Below, piece after piece: positions 19,940 to 30,918 of a stretch of 64,000 nucleotides of DNA. The number at the start of each line of letters is the position of its first letter. The first letter of the stretch is position 1. Under the pieces are notes generated by a model. That model saw nothing but the letters and a program-made list of their open reading frames with translations, did not search any database and had not been told where the DNA came from. The DNA is from Myxococcota bacterium (GTDB taxonomy: Bacteria; Myxococcota; UBA4151): assembly GCA_036338695.1 (NCBI GenBank), contig JAYZBQ010000048.1, forward strand, positions 382,951 through 446,950, given 5' to 3'. Both the position numbers and the translations under genes were made by a program.

Positions 19940-20842
19940 TCGAAACCAGCCCCCTTTGAGCTCGCTCGGCGCTGCGGCGTCGACGCGTAAGCTGCGCGTG
20001 AGGCTCAGCTGAACGCCGGCTTGCTGCGCCGCTTGGTGGTGCGCTCGCTCGACCTCCTGGGCTGAGATCGAGTGGGTGTTGACGACGCTTAGAAACCGCC
20101 CGTTATCGGCGACGACGCTCAGGCTCGCCTCGAGCAGTTCGACCAGTGAGTCTTTAAGGCTGCGCCCCCTGCCTTTGGGGGTGCGTCCGAACGTCGGCGG
20201 GTCATGGATCACCAGGTCAAAGCGCTCTTGGCGCCGCTGAGCGCGCCGGCAGTACGCGAGCGCATCGTCGCAGAGGCGGCGGGTCTGGACTTGGTTTACC
20301 TCCTCGTTGGCGCGGATCATCCCGAGGGTGCTCTTGAGCGCGTCGACCTGGACCACGCGTTCGGCTCCTGCTCGCGCCGCGTGGATCCCAAACAAGCCAC
20401 TGTAGGCGTACAGGTTGAGCACGGACCCGAGCGCTTGGAGTTGACCGACCGCCAGCCGCTCCGGCCGTAAATCAGGAAAGAGGCCGTAGCTCAGGCTCTG
20501 CGGGTGAATGCGCAGCACCACCCGAGCGTCACCTTCCATGAGCTCGATTCGCTCGGGTAATGCGCCGCCGAGCTCGAGCGCAACGGCTCCTTGACCGCCT
20601 TTTTGTCTCGATCGCAGCGTCAGGCCTTTGAGACCCAAGGCCTCCATCAACGCCTCAAGATCACCCTGTGTGACCGGGGGTTCGTCTTGATTGACGGTGC
20701 CAAAGGCGTAGTCGCCGAGTCGGTCGAGCACGAAGCCGTCGAGTTGATCCGCTCGGCCGGCGACCAAGCGGCAGACCTCACGGTTCTGCGTCGCCCGCGC
20801 GCCGCGCCGCTCGATCGCTGCCCTAAGTCGCTGGCTGCGCAT
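19928..20842 (-). CDS. Class I SAM-dependent methyltransferase, RlmI/RlmK-like
   Basis: YGLFPDLRPER, VLNLYAYSGLF, FDLVIHDPPTF motifs. Confidence 0.8.
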   Translation of the reverse strand: MRSQRLRAAIERRGARATQNREVCRLVAGRADQLDGFVLDRLGDYAFGTVNQDEPPVTQGDLEALMEALGLKGLTLRSRQKGGQGAVALELGGALPERIELMEGDARVVLRIHPQSLSYGLFPDLRPERLAVGQLQALGSVLNLYAYSGLFGIHAARAGAERVVQVDALKSTLGMIRANEEVNQVQTRRLCDDALAYCRRAQRRQERFDLVIHDPPTFGRTPKGRGRSLKDSLVELLEASLSVVADNGRFLSVVNTHSISAQEVERAHHQAAQQAGVQLSLTRSLRVDAAAPSELKGGWFRLRR

Positions 20843-22490
20843 CTCGCTTGATCGCGTAGTATTGGTGCCCGATGCCCAAGATGGTGTTGACGAGGATGTA
20901 GATCACCAGCCCCGAAGGCAGCGCGATCATGAACACGGTCATCATCACCGGCATGACCTTCATGATCATCTGTTGTTGCGGGTTATCGCTCATTTGCGGC
21001 TGCAGTTTTTGCTGCATGAAGAAGACCACGCCGAGTACGACAGGCAGGATGTAGAAGGGGTCGGCGAGCGTCAGGTCGTCGAGCCACCCTGGGATAAACG
21101 GGCTCCCGTACAGCTCAACGGCGACGCGTAGTGTCGAGTACAGCGCAAACCAGACTGGGATCTGCAGCAACATCGGGAGGCAGCCCCCGGCTGGATTGAC
21201 GCCCCGCTCCTTGAACATCTCCATCTGTTTTTGAGCGAGCATCTGCTTATCGGCTTTGTACTTCTCGCGCAGCGCCGTGAGCTCCGGTTGGATCTCCTTC
21301 ATGCGCGCCATCGAGCGGAAGCTCATGTCGGTGATCGGCCACAAGAGCAGCTTGACCGTAAAGGTGAGCAGGATAATGGCGAGGCCGTAGTTTCCGAGCA
21401 GTGAGAAGTAGAAGGTCAGCAGCCAAAGCATGGGCTGCGCGATGAATTTGAAGATCCCAAAATCGATGGTGTCTCGAAGCTTCGGATCGACCGAGCCGAG
21501 CAGGTCATCGCTTTTGGGGAGCAGGTACAAGGTGTTGTTCCACGTCATGCTCTGACCTGCGGCTAGCTGAAACGGCTTGGTGGCCTGAGCGACGACGACG
21601 TCGAGGGTCTCGCCTGACCCTTCCGGCGCGCCGTTGCGGACACTCAGCGAGCACCCTTGCGCGTCGCCCCCTGTAAAGACCACCGCAAAGAAGTTGCGAT
21701 CGACGCCAAAGAGGTAGGGCTTATCGAGCTTCGGCTGTTCGTCTTTGAGGTCGCTGGCGAACTCGGCGGTCAGCTCTTCGCCGCTGTGGCAGAGGCTGCG
21801 CGGGAGATCAGGCGGACCGCTGAACATCGACCCGCCAAGCAGCGGGTCCGCCATACTCAGGCTCAACGCAGCCGCGCCTTGTGTCGTCTGTCGGGCGGTC
21901 ACCTCGAGCTGGTGCTCAAGGCCGTGCTCGCTCAGGTTCCAGGTCCGCTTGAGATCGAGCGTAGGCGTCTGAGCGCGATAGGTCACCGAGCGCTCGGTCG
22001 CTTGTGTCTGCGACCAAGATGTCGGCGTGAGCCCCTCAAGGCTCAGCGCTGCGAAGTCCGGTCGCCCCTTAGCGAGATCGACCACTGGGCGGTCCTCTTC
22101 GGTCCCCGGCTCGCGGTAGATCTTCCCGTGTGCTCGGTCAACGAGGGTCACCGCAGTGGGTTGTGCCCCGAGACTTGAGAGCGTGACGCTGCGCTGATGG
22201 TCTTCGAGGGTGACCGTTTGCTCTTTAAAATCGACCGCTGGTGGCGCTTGCTCAGCGGCTGGCGCCGGCGCTTGTGCGGGCGTCGTCTCGCTGCTTGGTT
22301 TCGTTGCGGGCGCTGACGGCGCCGCTTGGGTTTGCTCCGCAACCGCCGGCTCTGCCGGCGGCTGGGGCTCCGCCACGGGTGGCGGGAACAGGCTGTTCCA
22401 TAGCATCAGGACGGCCATGGAGACCGCCATGGCGAGCATCATGCGTTTGTTTTCAGCCTGCTTTTGCGCTGGGTCTCGAAACTCGCTCAT
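20823..22490 (-). CDS. yidC: Membrane protein insertase YidC
   Basis: N-terminal TM, periplasmic domain, GNYGLAIILLT, NPAGGCLPMLLQIP, DPFYILP. Confidence 0.96.
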   Translation of the reverse strand: MSEFRDPAQKQAENKRMMLAMAVSMAVLMLWNSLFPPPVAEPQPPAEPAVAEQTQAAPSAPATKPSSETTPAQAPAPAAEQAPPAVDFKEQTVTLEDHQRSVTLSSLGAQPTAVTLVDRAHGKIYREPGTEEDRPVVDLAKGRPDFAALSLEGLTPTSWSQTQATERSVTYRAQTPTLDLKRTWNLSEHGLEHQLEVTARQTTQGAAALSLSMADPLLGGSMFSGPPDLPRSLCHSGEELTAEFASDLKDEQPKLDKPYLFGVDRNFFAVVFTGGDAQGCSLSVRNGAPEGSGETLDVVVAQATKPFQLAAGQSMTWNNTLYLLPKSDDLLGSVDPKLRDTIDFGIFKFIAQPMLWLLTFYFSLLGNYGLAIILLTFTVKLLLWPITDMSFRSMARMKEIQPELTALREKYKADKQMLAQKQMEMFKERGVNPAGGCLPMLLQIPVWFALYSTLRVAVELYGSPFIPGWLDDLTLADPFYILPVVLGVVFFMQQKLQPQMSDNPQQQMIMKVMPVMMTVFMIALPSGLVIYILVNTILGIGHQYYAIKRDAQPAT

Positions 22491-22852
22491 GGTGTCCTTT
22501 GCCGGGTGTGCGCGCGCTCAGCGGCGCTCAGGAGATCCTGCTGGAGTCGACTGTAATCCGCCTGTGCTGCGTCCGGGTGGGCGATGATCACGAAGCAGTG
22601 GCGTTGCGGGAACGCGCTTCGGTTCTGGCGGATGATCTCTTTGAGCCGTCGACGGACTTTGTTTCGGACGACCGCCTTCCCGACTTTTTTGGAGACGGTG
22701 AAGCCGAAGCGACTGTGCGGGAGTCGGTGCTGCGCCATAAAGACGACGACATTCCCTGCGGCGATTCGCTGACCACGCCGTTGCGTCCGCAGAAAGTGCT
22801 GGCGTTTGCGGAGCCTGAACCGGCGCGCAAACCCGAGCGCCGGTTGCGTCAC
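22487..22852 (-). CDS. rnpA: Ribonuclease P protein component
   Basis: [28 protein letters not shown] motif; GTG start overlapping the rpmH stop (the 23032 start in the ORF track runs through rpmH). Confidence 0.93.
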   Translation of the reverse strand: MTQPALGFARRFRLRKRQHFLRTQRRGQRIAAGNVVVFMAQHRLPHSRFGFTVSKKVGKAVVRNKVRRRLKEIIRQNRSAFPQRHCFVIIAHPDAAQADYSRLQQDLLSAAERAHTRQRTP

Positions 22853-22998
22853 TTCGTGTAAAGCTTGACCGTCAGGCGCTTCCGCCCCTTCGAGCGGCGC
22901 CGGGCGAGGACCTTGCGGCCATCGGCGGTTGCCATTCGGGAGCGGAAACCGTGGCGTCGAGCGCGTCGAATGCGGCTGGGCTGATAAGTGCGCTTCAT
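22849..22998 (-). CDS. rpmH: 50S ribosomal protein bL34 (absent from the ORF track)
   Basis: Manual translation: [56 protein letters not shown] upstream. Confidence 0.97.
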   Translation of the reverse strand: MKRTYQPSRIRRARRHGFRSRMATADGRKVLARRRSKGRKRLTVKLYTK

Positions 22999-23207
22999 GA
23001 TTCAAACTCCCGTATTCAAAGGGCTGCGCCAACTAATAGTCCGACCGGTGAGGGTCAACAAAAATACGGTGTTCTCGGGGCGCTCTCTGGCCACCCTGTC
23101 ACCGGCGAAGCGGCGCGATTTGAGCCGGCTCAAGAAGGGAGAGTAATCTCTTTGCTCGCTCGAGCAGGGCGAGTTATATCCCGGGTTCATGGGGAGATGA
23201 TCGGCGG

Positions 23208-24611
23208 ATGGAGCCTTCGCAGACATTACAGCGACGCTGGACCGACTTTGTCGCCGAGGTGATTCAGGCTTCCCCTGATCTCCACGCTCAGAGCCGGACG
23301 GTGCTCGGGTCCCTCTATGCGGTCTCCGAAGAAGCTGGCGTTCTGACGCTCACACCGAAGAACATGCTCATGGTGCGGGTCGTTGAGAACTACGTCCCCA
23401 TGATCGTGGAGCATCTTGCGCAGCGATGGGGTCACCCGGTTGAGCGTCTGGTGATTGAGTACCACCCGGACGTGGTCACGGAAGAGCCCGACAACGATGC
23501 GCTCCCCCTCTTCGCAACGCAGCCGGCAGCGCCGAAGCCGCAGGTGGCGCCAAAGAAACCGGTGGCGCACGAGTATGGCTCGCCGCTCGATGACTTGATG
23601 ACCCTCGAGACGTTCATGGCCGACTCGAGCAACGATGAGGCTTTTTTCGCGGCCAAGTCCTTCGCAAGTAAGGGCGGAACGCGGTTCAATCCGTTGTATA
23701 TTTACGGTCAAAGCGGGACGGGAAAGACGCACCTGATCAGCGCCATTGGTAACGCGATCAAGGCACGTAATCCCAACACGCCGGTGCTCTTCTTTAACGG
23801 TGATGAGTTCGTCACCCTCGTGATCGATCACATCCGCAAACAGCGAATGCAGCTTTTTCGGCGCGGGGTGCAGCTCGAAGGCGCCATCTTGTTAGTCGAC
23901 GACGTGCAGCTGTTGTCGGGCAAGGAGCACTCCCTCGGCGAGCTCTTCAACCTGTTCAATTGGCATCAAGCGCGCGGGGCGCGGCTCGCCTTCACCTCGG
24001 ATCTGCCGCCGGATCAGATCCGTGGCTTGCCCGAGCGGTTGCGCTCGCGGATGAGCGGCGGCTTGGTCGTCGAGGTCCAGCCGCCTCTGTTTGAGACCCG
24101 CGTTGCGATCGTTCAGTCGGCGGCTGAGACCATCAGCCGCGGCTACCATCAGGTACCCCGCACGGTCGCCGAGCTGCTCGCCGAGCTGTATTGTGACAAC
24201 ACGCGCGATCTCGTCGGCGCCGTGAAGCGGTTGGTGCTGCGCGCCGAGCTGCGCAGCGCCAGCGAGATCACCCTCGAGTTAGCGCAAGAGATGTTCGGCG
24301 ACGTCCGGGCGCGCCGGCTGCATCAAAGCCCCGATCAGATCGCACGAGCGCTCGCCAACCTCCTCGACGTGGAATTCTCAGCGGTGCGCGGTAAGGGGCG
24401 GACCCGCCGTCTGGTCCAGGCGCGCATCTGGATCGCCGGGTTGGTCAGGGATCTGACACCTGCCAGCCAGACCGAGATCGGTCAGCTCCTCGGGCGCGAT
24501 CACTCGACGATCCACCACACCCTCGGTCGGTACACCGACCTCGTCAACAGCAAGGATGGGGCGCTTCAGCGCGACGCCCTCAAGCGCCGGCTGCAGAAAG
24601 AGATGGGCTAG
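23208..24611 (+). CDS. dnaA: Chromosomal replication initiator DnaA
   Basis: FNPLYIYGQSGTGKTHL, LLVDDVQ, RLRSRMSGGL, FETRVAI, EIGQLLGRDHSTI; divergent from rpmH. Confidence 0.93.
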   Translation: MEPSQTLQRRWTDFVAEVIQASPDLHAQSRTVLGSLYAVSEEAGVLTLTPKNMLMVRVVENYVPMIVEHLAQRWGHPVERLVIEYHPDVVTEEPDNDALPLFATQPAAPKPQVAPKKPVAHEYGSPLDDLMTLETFMADSSNDEAFFAAKSFASKGGTRFNPLYIYGQSGTGKTHLISAIGNAIKARNPNTPVLFFNGDEFVTLVIDHIRKQRMQLFRRGVQLEGAILLVDDVQLLSGKEHSLGELFNLFNWHQARGARLAFTSDLPPDQIRGLPERLRSRMSGGLVVEVQPPLFETRVAIVQSAAETISRGYHQVPRTVAELLAELYCDNTRDLVGAVKRLVLRAELRSASEITLELAQEMFGDVRARRLHQSPDQIARALANLLDVEFSAVRGKGRTRRLVQARIWIAGLVRDLTPASQTEIGQLLGRDHSTIHHTLGRYTDLVNSKDGALQRDALKRRLQKEMG

Positions 24612-24859
24612 AGCGCCTGGTCCAGGCGCTCGCTCAAGAGGCTCTGTAGGTGACGCCGCATCGCCCGGCGTTCGGCTGGCGAGGGCGCCCGCCCGCCGCG
24701 TCGCTCGATCCAATCGGCGCACCAGGTGATCGTCTGGTCGACGAGGTCGACGCGCTCTTGCGTAGCGTCTTTTGCGGGAAGCTCCAGCTGGTCACCGATG
24801 AAGTGATCGAGGATCCGGTAGGCACGCCTTAGCAGGGTGAGATCGATCAATTCGCCCAT
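24608..24859 (-). CDS. Small hypothetical protein
   Basis: ATG 24859 with CAGGAG RBS; 83 aa, helical; convergent with dnaA, overlapping by 4 nt. Confidence 0.55.
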   Translation of the reverse strand: MGELIDLTLLRRAYRILDHFIGDQLELPAKDATQERVDLVDQTITWCADWIERRGGRAPSPAERRAMRRHLQSLLSERLDQAL

Positions 24860-24961
24860 GTCTTTATGCTCCTGATTGACGCTCCCATGGGCGCGCTGCC
24901 AGCACAAAAAAACAGCCTGAACTTCGCTTGGAATTGGCACCATAATGCCGTTTAATCAGGT

Positions 24962-25450
24962 ATGGTTGGTTCCCTTTATCTCATCGCCTTAGCGACCCTC
25001 CCGGTCTACCCGGGCGCCGTGCACAAGGAGCTGGCAAAGGTCGACCGCCCTGAGATGAAGACCTATTGGGTTGAGCAGCCCACGAGCGTGGTCGTCGCGT
25101 GGTACGAGCGGCGTCTCAAACGTCCCGCCAAACGCCTTAAGGCTGAAGGCTTTCCGACCTTTAGCTTGGCGCTCAAAGAGCGTCGCCTGGGCTTCAACGG
25201 GCAGCCGAAGAGCGTCTTGATCAAGGGGGTCGTCGTCTGGGGGCAAGAGGGGGGTTCCACCTACATCGCCTTGGTCGATCGAGACGTCCCAAGTGGCCCT
25301 TTCCCGCTTCCGCAGGGGCAGGGGCGGCTCGACTATGGACCGGACGCAAAGGTCAAGAAGGCGGTGGGCGCAGACCCTGATCGCTACCGCGGGGGCGCGC
25401 TGGAGGGGCGCTCGGTTCAAGGGCGCTCGGTCCGCGGGCGATTGCCCTAA
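24962..25450 (+). CDS. Hypothetical protein, probably exported
   Basis: Hydrophobic N-terminus, LPVYPGA motif; stop overlaps the next start (TAATG). Confidence 0.6.
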   Translation: MVGSLYLIALATLPVYPGAVHKELAKVDRPEMKTYWVEQPTSVVVAWYERRLKRPAKRLKAEGFPTFSLALKERRLGFNGQPKSVLIKGVVVWGQEGGSTYIALVDRDVPSGPFPLPQGQGRLDYGPDAKVKKAVGADPDRYRGGALEGRSVQGRSVRGRLP

Positions 25451-25866
25451 TGCGCTGGCTCTGGCGCGACCTGTTGCGTTGGCTCAGTGCGCTTGAGCGG
25501 GTCTTTGTCGACGGCAGAGTGGCGCCTGCTGTACCCCCCAAGGCTGGTGCGTCGAGCGCAGCGCAGCAGACCGGTTCACCACGCCAGGGGACGTCGCCTC
25601 TGGTGGATGGCTCGATCCCTGATTGGATGCGCCCTGCGCCAAGCGCCGCGCCAAGAAAAGCGCTGCCGATGGAGGTCGTATCGGCCTTGATGACGCTTGG
25701 GTTGGCCTCGCCGCCAGCGAAGGAGTCGCTCAAGAAGCGTATTCGAAGAGCGCTTGCGCAAGCACACCCTGATCGCCACCCCCCCGAGGACCACGCGCAG
25801 ATGCGCCAGCGTCTCCATGAGATCCAGCGCGCACGCGAGGTCTTACGTCGGCATGGGTATGCATGA
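25450..25866 (+). CDS. C-terminal J-domain protein (DnaJ-like co-chaperone)
   Basis: LMTLGL...LKKRIRRALAQAHPDR...LHEIQRAREVL J-domain with HPD motif. Confidence 0.75.
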   Translation: MRWLWRDLLRWLSALERVFVDGRVAPAVPPKAGASSAAQQTGSPRQGTSPLVDGSIPDWMRPAPSAAPRKALPMEVVSALMTLGLASPPAKESLKKRIRRALAQAHPDRHPPEDHAQMRQRLHEIQRAREVLRRHGYA

Positions 25867-25928
25867 ATTCGGCGCATTGTGATTGACAAAGCGAGCAGAC
25901 GCTACCTAGGAGCGCAGTGCTTGACCGA

Positions 25929-26004
25929 GCCTGGATAGCTCAGTCGGTAGAGCAGCGGATTGAAAATCCGCGTGTCGGGGGTTCGATTCCCTCTCCAGGC
26001 ACCA
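25929..26004 (+). tRNA. tRNA-Phe (GAA)
   Basis: 76-nt cloverleaf GCCTGGA...TCCAGGC-ACCA, anticodon arm GCGGA-TTGAAAA-TCCGC, TTCGATT T-loop, encoded CCA. Confidence 0.97.
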
Positions 26005-26012
26005 AAGAACGC

Positions 26013-26038
26013 ACGACGGCTCCGCCGTCGTTTTCTTT
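26013..26038 (+). terminator. Rho-independent terminator after tRNA-Phe
   Basis: ACGACGGC-TCC-GCCGTCGT hairpin followed by TTTCTTT. Confidence 0.75.
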
Positions 26039-26163
26039 ATTTTACGCCCTTGCGGAAAAGATTCGTTTGCTTACTTTGCGCTTGTTTCGTCTGAGGTGCG
26101 TGTGTACTCGGGCGGCAATTAATGGGTCTAGAATCTATATAAATACCTGAAATTGGAGAAGTA

Positions 26164-26454
26164 ATGAAGATTCGTCCTCTGCATGACCGCGTCGTCGTTC
26201 GGCGCGTCGAAGGTGAGCAACAGACCGCATCGGGTCTCTACATTCCGGACACTGCCCAAGAGAAGCAGGCGCGCGGCGAGGTCGTCGTCGCTGGCCCTGG
26301 CCGGACGAACGACAAAGGGGACGTCCGCGCGCTGACCGTAGCCGCTGGCGATCAGATCCTGTTCAGCAAGTACTCGGGTACCGAGATCAAGCTCGACGGC
26401 GAAGAACTCATTATCCTGCGCGAAGATGACATTCTCGCAGTGGTCGATGCTTAA
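26164..26454 (+). CDS. groES: Co-chaperonin GroES
   Basis: [12 protein letters not shown]...[14 protein letters not shown]...REDDILA. Confidence 0.98.
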   Translation: MKIRPLHDRVVVRRVEGEQQTASGLYIPDTAQEKQARGEVVVAGPGRTNDKGDVRALTVAAGDQILFSKYSGTEIKLDGEELIILREDDILAVVDA

Positions 26455-26461
26455 GCACTAA

Positions 26462-28132
<1,671 letters not shown>

Positions 28133-28162
28133 GCGGCGCATACCCCCCTGGTTTCACACCAT

Positions 28163-28199
28163 GCAGCAGGCGCCCTCTCGGGGCGCCTGTTGTTGTTTT
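28163..28199 (+). terminator. Rho-independent terminator after groEL
   Basis: GCAGCAGGCGCCC / GGGCGCCTGTTGT stem with T-rich tail. Confidence 0.8.
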
Positions 28200-28207
28200 G
28201 GGGCCGT

Positions 28208-28969
28208 CTACTGGCCGCGCAGCGCCGCTTCGCTAAAGTCTTTCGCGCCGAACTGCGCGTTGAAGTCGATGGCGAGCACGTCCACGCGCGTCTTCGAGGC
28301 GCGCTTGAGGTCCTTCATCGTCGCCGCAAACACGACGTATCGGCCTTGGTGTTTGCGCAGACGATTAACGGTCATCGACTTGACCAAGGTCTTACGGTCT
28401 TTGGCGAAAAAGAGGGTCCGAAGCGGAACCTGAGCCTTGGGGTGGACCTGCATCTCGATGCGGCCGAACTCGTTGTTCAAGAGACCCTTCTCTGGCGTGA
28501 CGTTGACGACACGGCAGGTCGCTTTACCGCAGGTTTTGTCTGTGCCGAAGCGGTAGATCCCCTCGTCGGTGTCCCGCCTCTCAAAGTCGGAGTAGCTGAA
28601 GTCGGTCCCCATAAAGCGCTCGTTCTTCGACGATGCGCCGATGGGGCGGATTTTGTCGTAGGTCGGTTGGTACAAAAGCTGAGTGGTCGCGCCGCTCGGT
28701 TCTTCGCGCATGAGCATCGCCGTGCCCGCTAGCTCGGCGGGTTCAGCGAACCGAACGAGCGTGTGCGCACGCTGCTTGAGGGTGGCCCCTTTGATCTCGA
28801 GCGCCCGCGTCTTCTGGCGTTTTTTCTTGTCGGTGATGGTCAGGCGCAAGGTGACGTGAGCCTTCGTCCAGCCCATGGCGTCTGCGTCGAGCACTCGTTG
28901 CGCGAAGGCTTTTGCATCCTCGGCTTGCGCCTGGGGTGCGAAGAGAAACAGCAGAAGGAGCGGTCTCAT
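28208..28969 (-). CDS. Outer-membrane lipoprotein-sorting (LolA-like) protein
   Basis: Signal peptide; LVRFAEPAELAGTAML, RFMGTDFSYSDFE typical of the LolA_like family. Confidence 0.8.
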   Translation of the reverse strand: MRPLLLLFLFAPQAQAEDAKAFAQRVLDADAMGWTKAHVTLRLTITDKKKRQKTRALEIKGATLKQRAHTLVRFAEPAELAGTAMLMREEPSGATTQLLYQPTYDKIRPIGASSKNERFMGTDFSYSDFERRDTDEGIYRFGTDKTCGKATCRVVNVTPEKGLLNNEFGRIEMQVHPKAQVPLRTLFFAKDRKTLVKSMTVNRLRKHQGRYVVFAATMKDLKRASKTRVDVLAIDFNAQFGAKDFSEAALRGQ

Positions 28970-30918
28970 GAGGTGGTCTCCGGGTCCAGAATAGGCGACG
29001 GCCCTGCGATGCGAAAGCTCGTCTGCGTGATTTCGTCTCGGTCTGCGTGCGCGCTCTGGGGCAGCTGGGTGCGAGTTGAAGCCTCAAGATCGACGATCTC
29101 GGCGCCGTCGCCGTACGAGCGGGTCACGATGCGCTTGAGTCGTCCGAGCTCACGCACGCGATCGGCGAGGCGCTCAGCGGCTTCGGTGATGCGATCCAGC
29201 GCGCCGCGCGCTCGGTGCGTCTCTTCGAGCTGGTGCATCGCCATGTCAGCGAACCCGAGGATGGTCGTCAGGGGTTGGTTCAGCTCATGCGCCGCGGTGG
29301 CCGCCATCAACAGCGCCCCTTGAATCTCACCAGCCTGCGCGGTCTGCTCGTCGATCTCAGCTCGCAGCGCCATCTCTTGGCTCAGGTCGTGGATCAGCAA
29401 AACAATCGCCGCCTCTTGGTTGTTCTCAAAGAGCATGGAGGCGCCCAATCGGACCACAACCTCTCGCCCTCCAAGGTGCCTCATCAGCCGCTTGCTGCTG
29501 CTCAGCACGCCGCCTGATGCGCGCAGTTCGGTGACCAACTCTTCCCAGCCTCCGGCGGCGAACAGCTCGGCGGCTCGGTCCTTGTAGAGCATCTCACGCG
29601 CCGGCGCGCCAAAGATGGACTCGGCGGCGCTGTTGAACAAAATCACCTGGCCGTCGAGGCGCGCCGAGACGATGCCGTCGCCCGTTCGGTTAACGAGCTT
29701 CTCTAAAAATTCTTTCGTTGCGGTCAGCTCGCGCTGCAGCATGGTCGCCTCGGTGACGTCGCGAAAGCTCGCGATCACCCCTGCGCTCTGACCGCCGAGG
29801 CCGCCTGCGCTCAGGCTGATCGTGCGTTCTTGGCCCCGACCTGTTCGGACTCGGATCTGAAGATTCCGCGGAAAGACTCGATGATTAAAGCCGCGCACAA
29901 CCCGCGCGATCACCGCTTGATCCGAGGCTGCGACCACCTGAGCGATAGGGCGCTCGCGCAGCTCGTCTTCACTGTAGCTCAGGATCTTTCGGCCTTCGGG
30001 GTTGATGGCGAGGAATCGACCTTTCGCATCGAGCACCGCCATGCCGTCGCTTGCGTAGGCGAAAAACTCTTCAAACCGCTCGTAGTCTTTGAGCTTGCTC
30101 TCGGCGAGCATCCGGGCGCGTGTCGCCTCGACCTGTCGATGGCGCGCCGTCCTTAGAAGACGCGCCGTATGCAGGGCGGTGGCGCAAGCGCCTGCGACGA
30201 TCTCGCCAAAGCGCAGCGCCTCCGTCCGCGGGCCTGCTTCTCCGGTGGCGCGCCGTAAGAAGACGCAGCCGATCAAGTCGCCCTCAAAGAGCAGCGGAAA
30301 GAGCACCGCAGCGCCCACGCCGGCGCTCGTGACGTCGTCACGTACTGTGTGCATCAAGGGGTCGATCGAGGTGTCGTTGATGACCACCGTGTTGCGCGTC
30401 TCGATCAGGCGCATCAGCTCTGGATATTTTTTGACGTGAAGGTAGAGCGGCTCGCCCGAGTCGTCGCCGCGATCGGTCGCGGTGATCACCTGCGCTCGGT
30501 CTTCGTCGAGCGAGAACAAAAGGATGCTCGCTCGGGTAAACTCGATGCGCTCCGCGAGCGCCTTGGACATGCGCTTGAGGATAACCGCCGGGTCCCGGCT
30601 CGTAGCCATCGCTCGGGTCAGGTGCTGCAGCGCCTCGAGGTCGCTGCTGGCGTCGTCCTGGTTGGCGTTGGCGAGGCGCTGCAGGCGACGACCAAGGTCT
30701 TCATCGCTCATCTCGATGTAGAGCAGCTCATCGACCTCTTCTGCGACGGCTTGGGCGATCCCGCTCGGGTGTGTGATGAGCCCAGCGACGTGACCGCTCG
30801 TCGGCGGGAAGCTGTTCGGGTGTGGGTATGCGCGCACGCTGAGGTCGGTCTCTCCAAGACATTGGATGACCCGCTCAAGCCGCGCTCGGAGCTCTGCGTC
30901 GTGAATCTCGAGCCGCAT
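28966..30918 (-). CDS. GAF-PAS-PAS-HisKA signalling protein lacking the HATPase domain
   Basis: GAF (LFPLLFEGDLIG), two PAS domains (FAYASDGM; VNRTGDGI..FNSAAESIFG), H-box AAHELNQPLTTILG near the C-terminus. Confidence 0.8.
   Translation of the reverse strand: MRLEIHDAELRARLERVIQCLGETDLSVRAYPHPNSFPPTSGHVAGLITHPSGIAQAVAEEVDELLYIEMSDEDLGRRLQRLANANQDDASSDLEALQHLTRAMATSRDPAVILKRMSKALAERIEFTRASILLFSLDEDRAQVITATDRGDDSGEPLYLHVKKYPELMRLIETRNTVVINDTSIDPLMHTVRDDVTSAGVGAAVLFPLLFEGDLIGCVFLRRATGEAGPRTEALRFGEIVAGACATALHTARLLRTARHRQVEATRARMLAESKLKDYERFEEFFAYASDGMAVLDAKGRFLAINPEGRKILSYSEDELRERPIAQVVAASDQAVIARVVRGFNHRVFPRNLQIRVRTGRGQERTISLSAGGLGGQSAGVIASFRDVTEATMLQRELTATKEFLEKLVNRTGDGIVSARLDGQVILFNSAAESIFGAPAREMLYKDRAAELFAAGGWEELVTELRASGGVLSSSKRLMRHLGGREVVVRLGASMLFENNQEAAIVLLIHDLSQEMALRAEIDEQTAQAGEIQGALLMAATAAHELNQPLTTILGFADMAMHQLEETHRARGALDRITEAAERLADRVRELGRLKRIVTRSYGDGAEIVDLEASTRTQLPQSAHADRDEITQTSFRIAGPSPILDPETTS

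Noticed and set aside
22853..23032. N-terminal extension of RnpA in the ORF track
   Set aside because: This region encodes rpmH in another frame
24935..24950. TGGCACCATAATGC as a sigma54 promoter
   Set aside because: GG-to-GC spacing is one base short of the strict requirement
25917..26150. 77-aa ORF
   Set aside because: It is a translation of tRNA-Phe and its terminator
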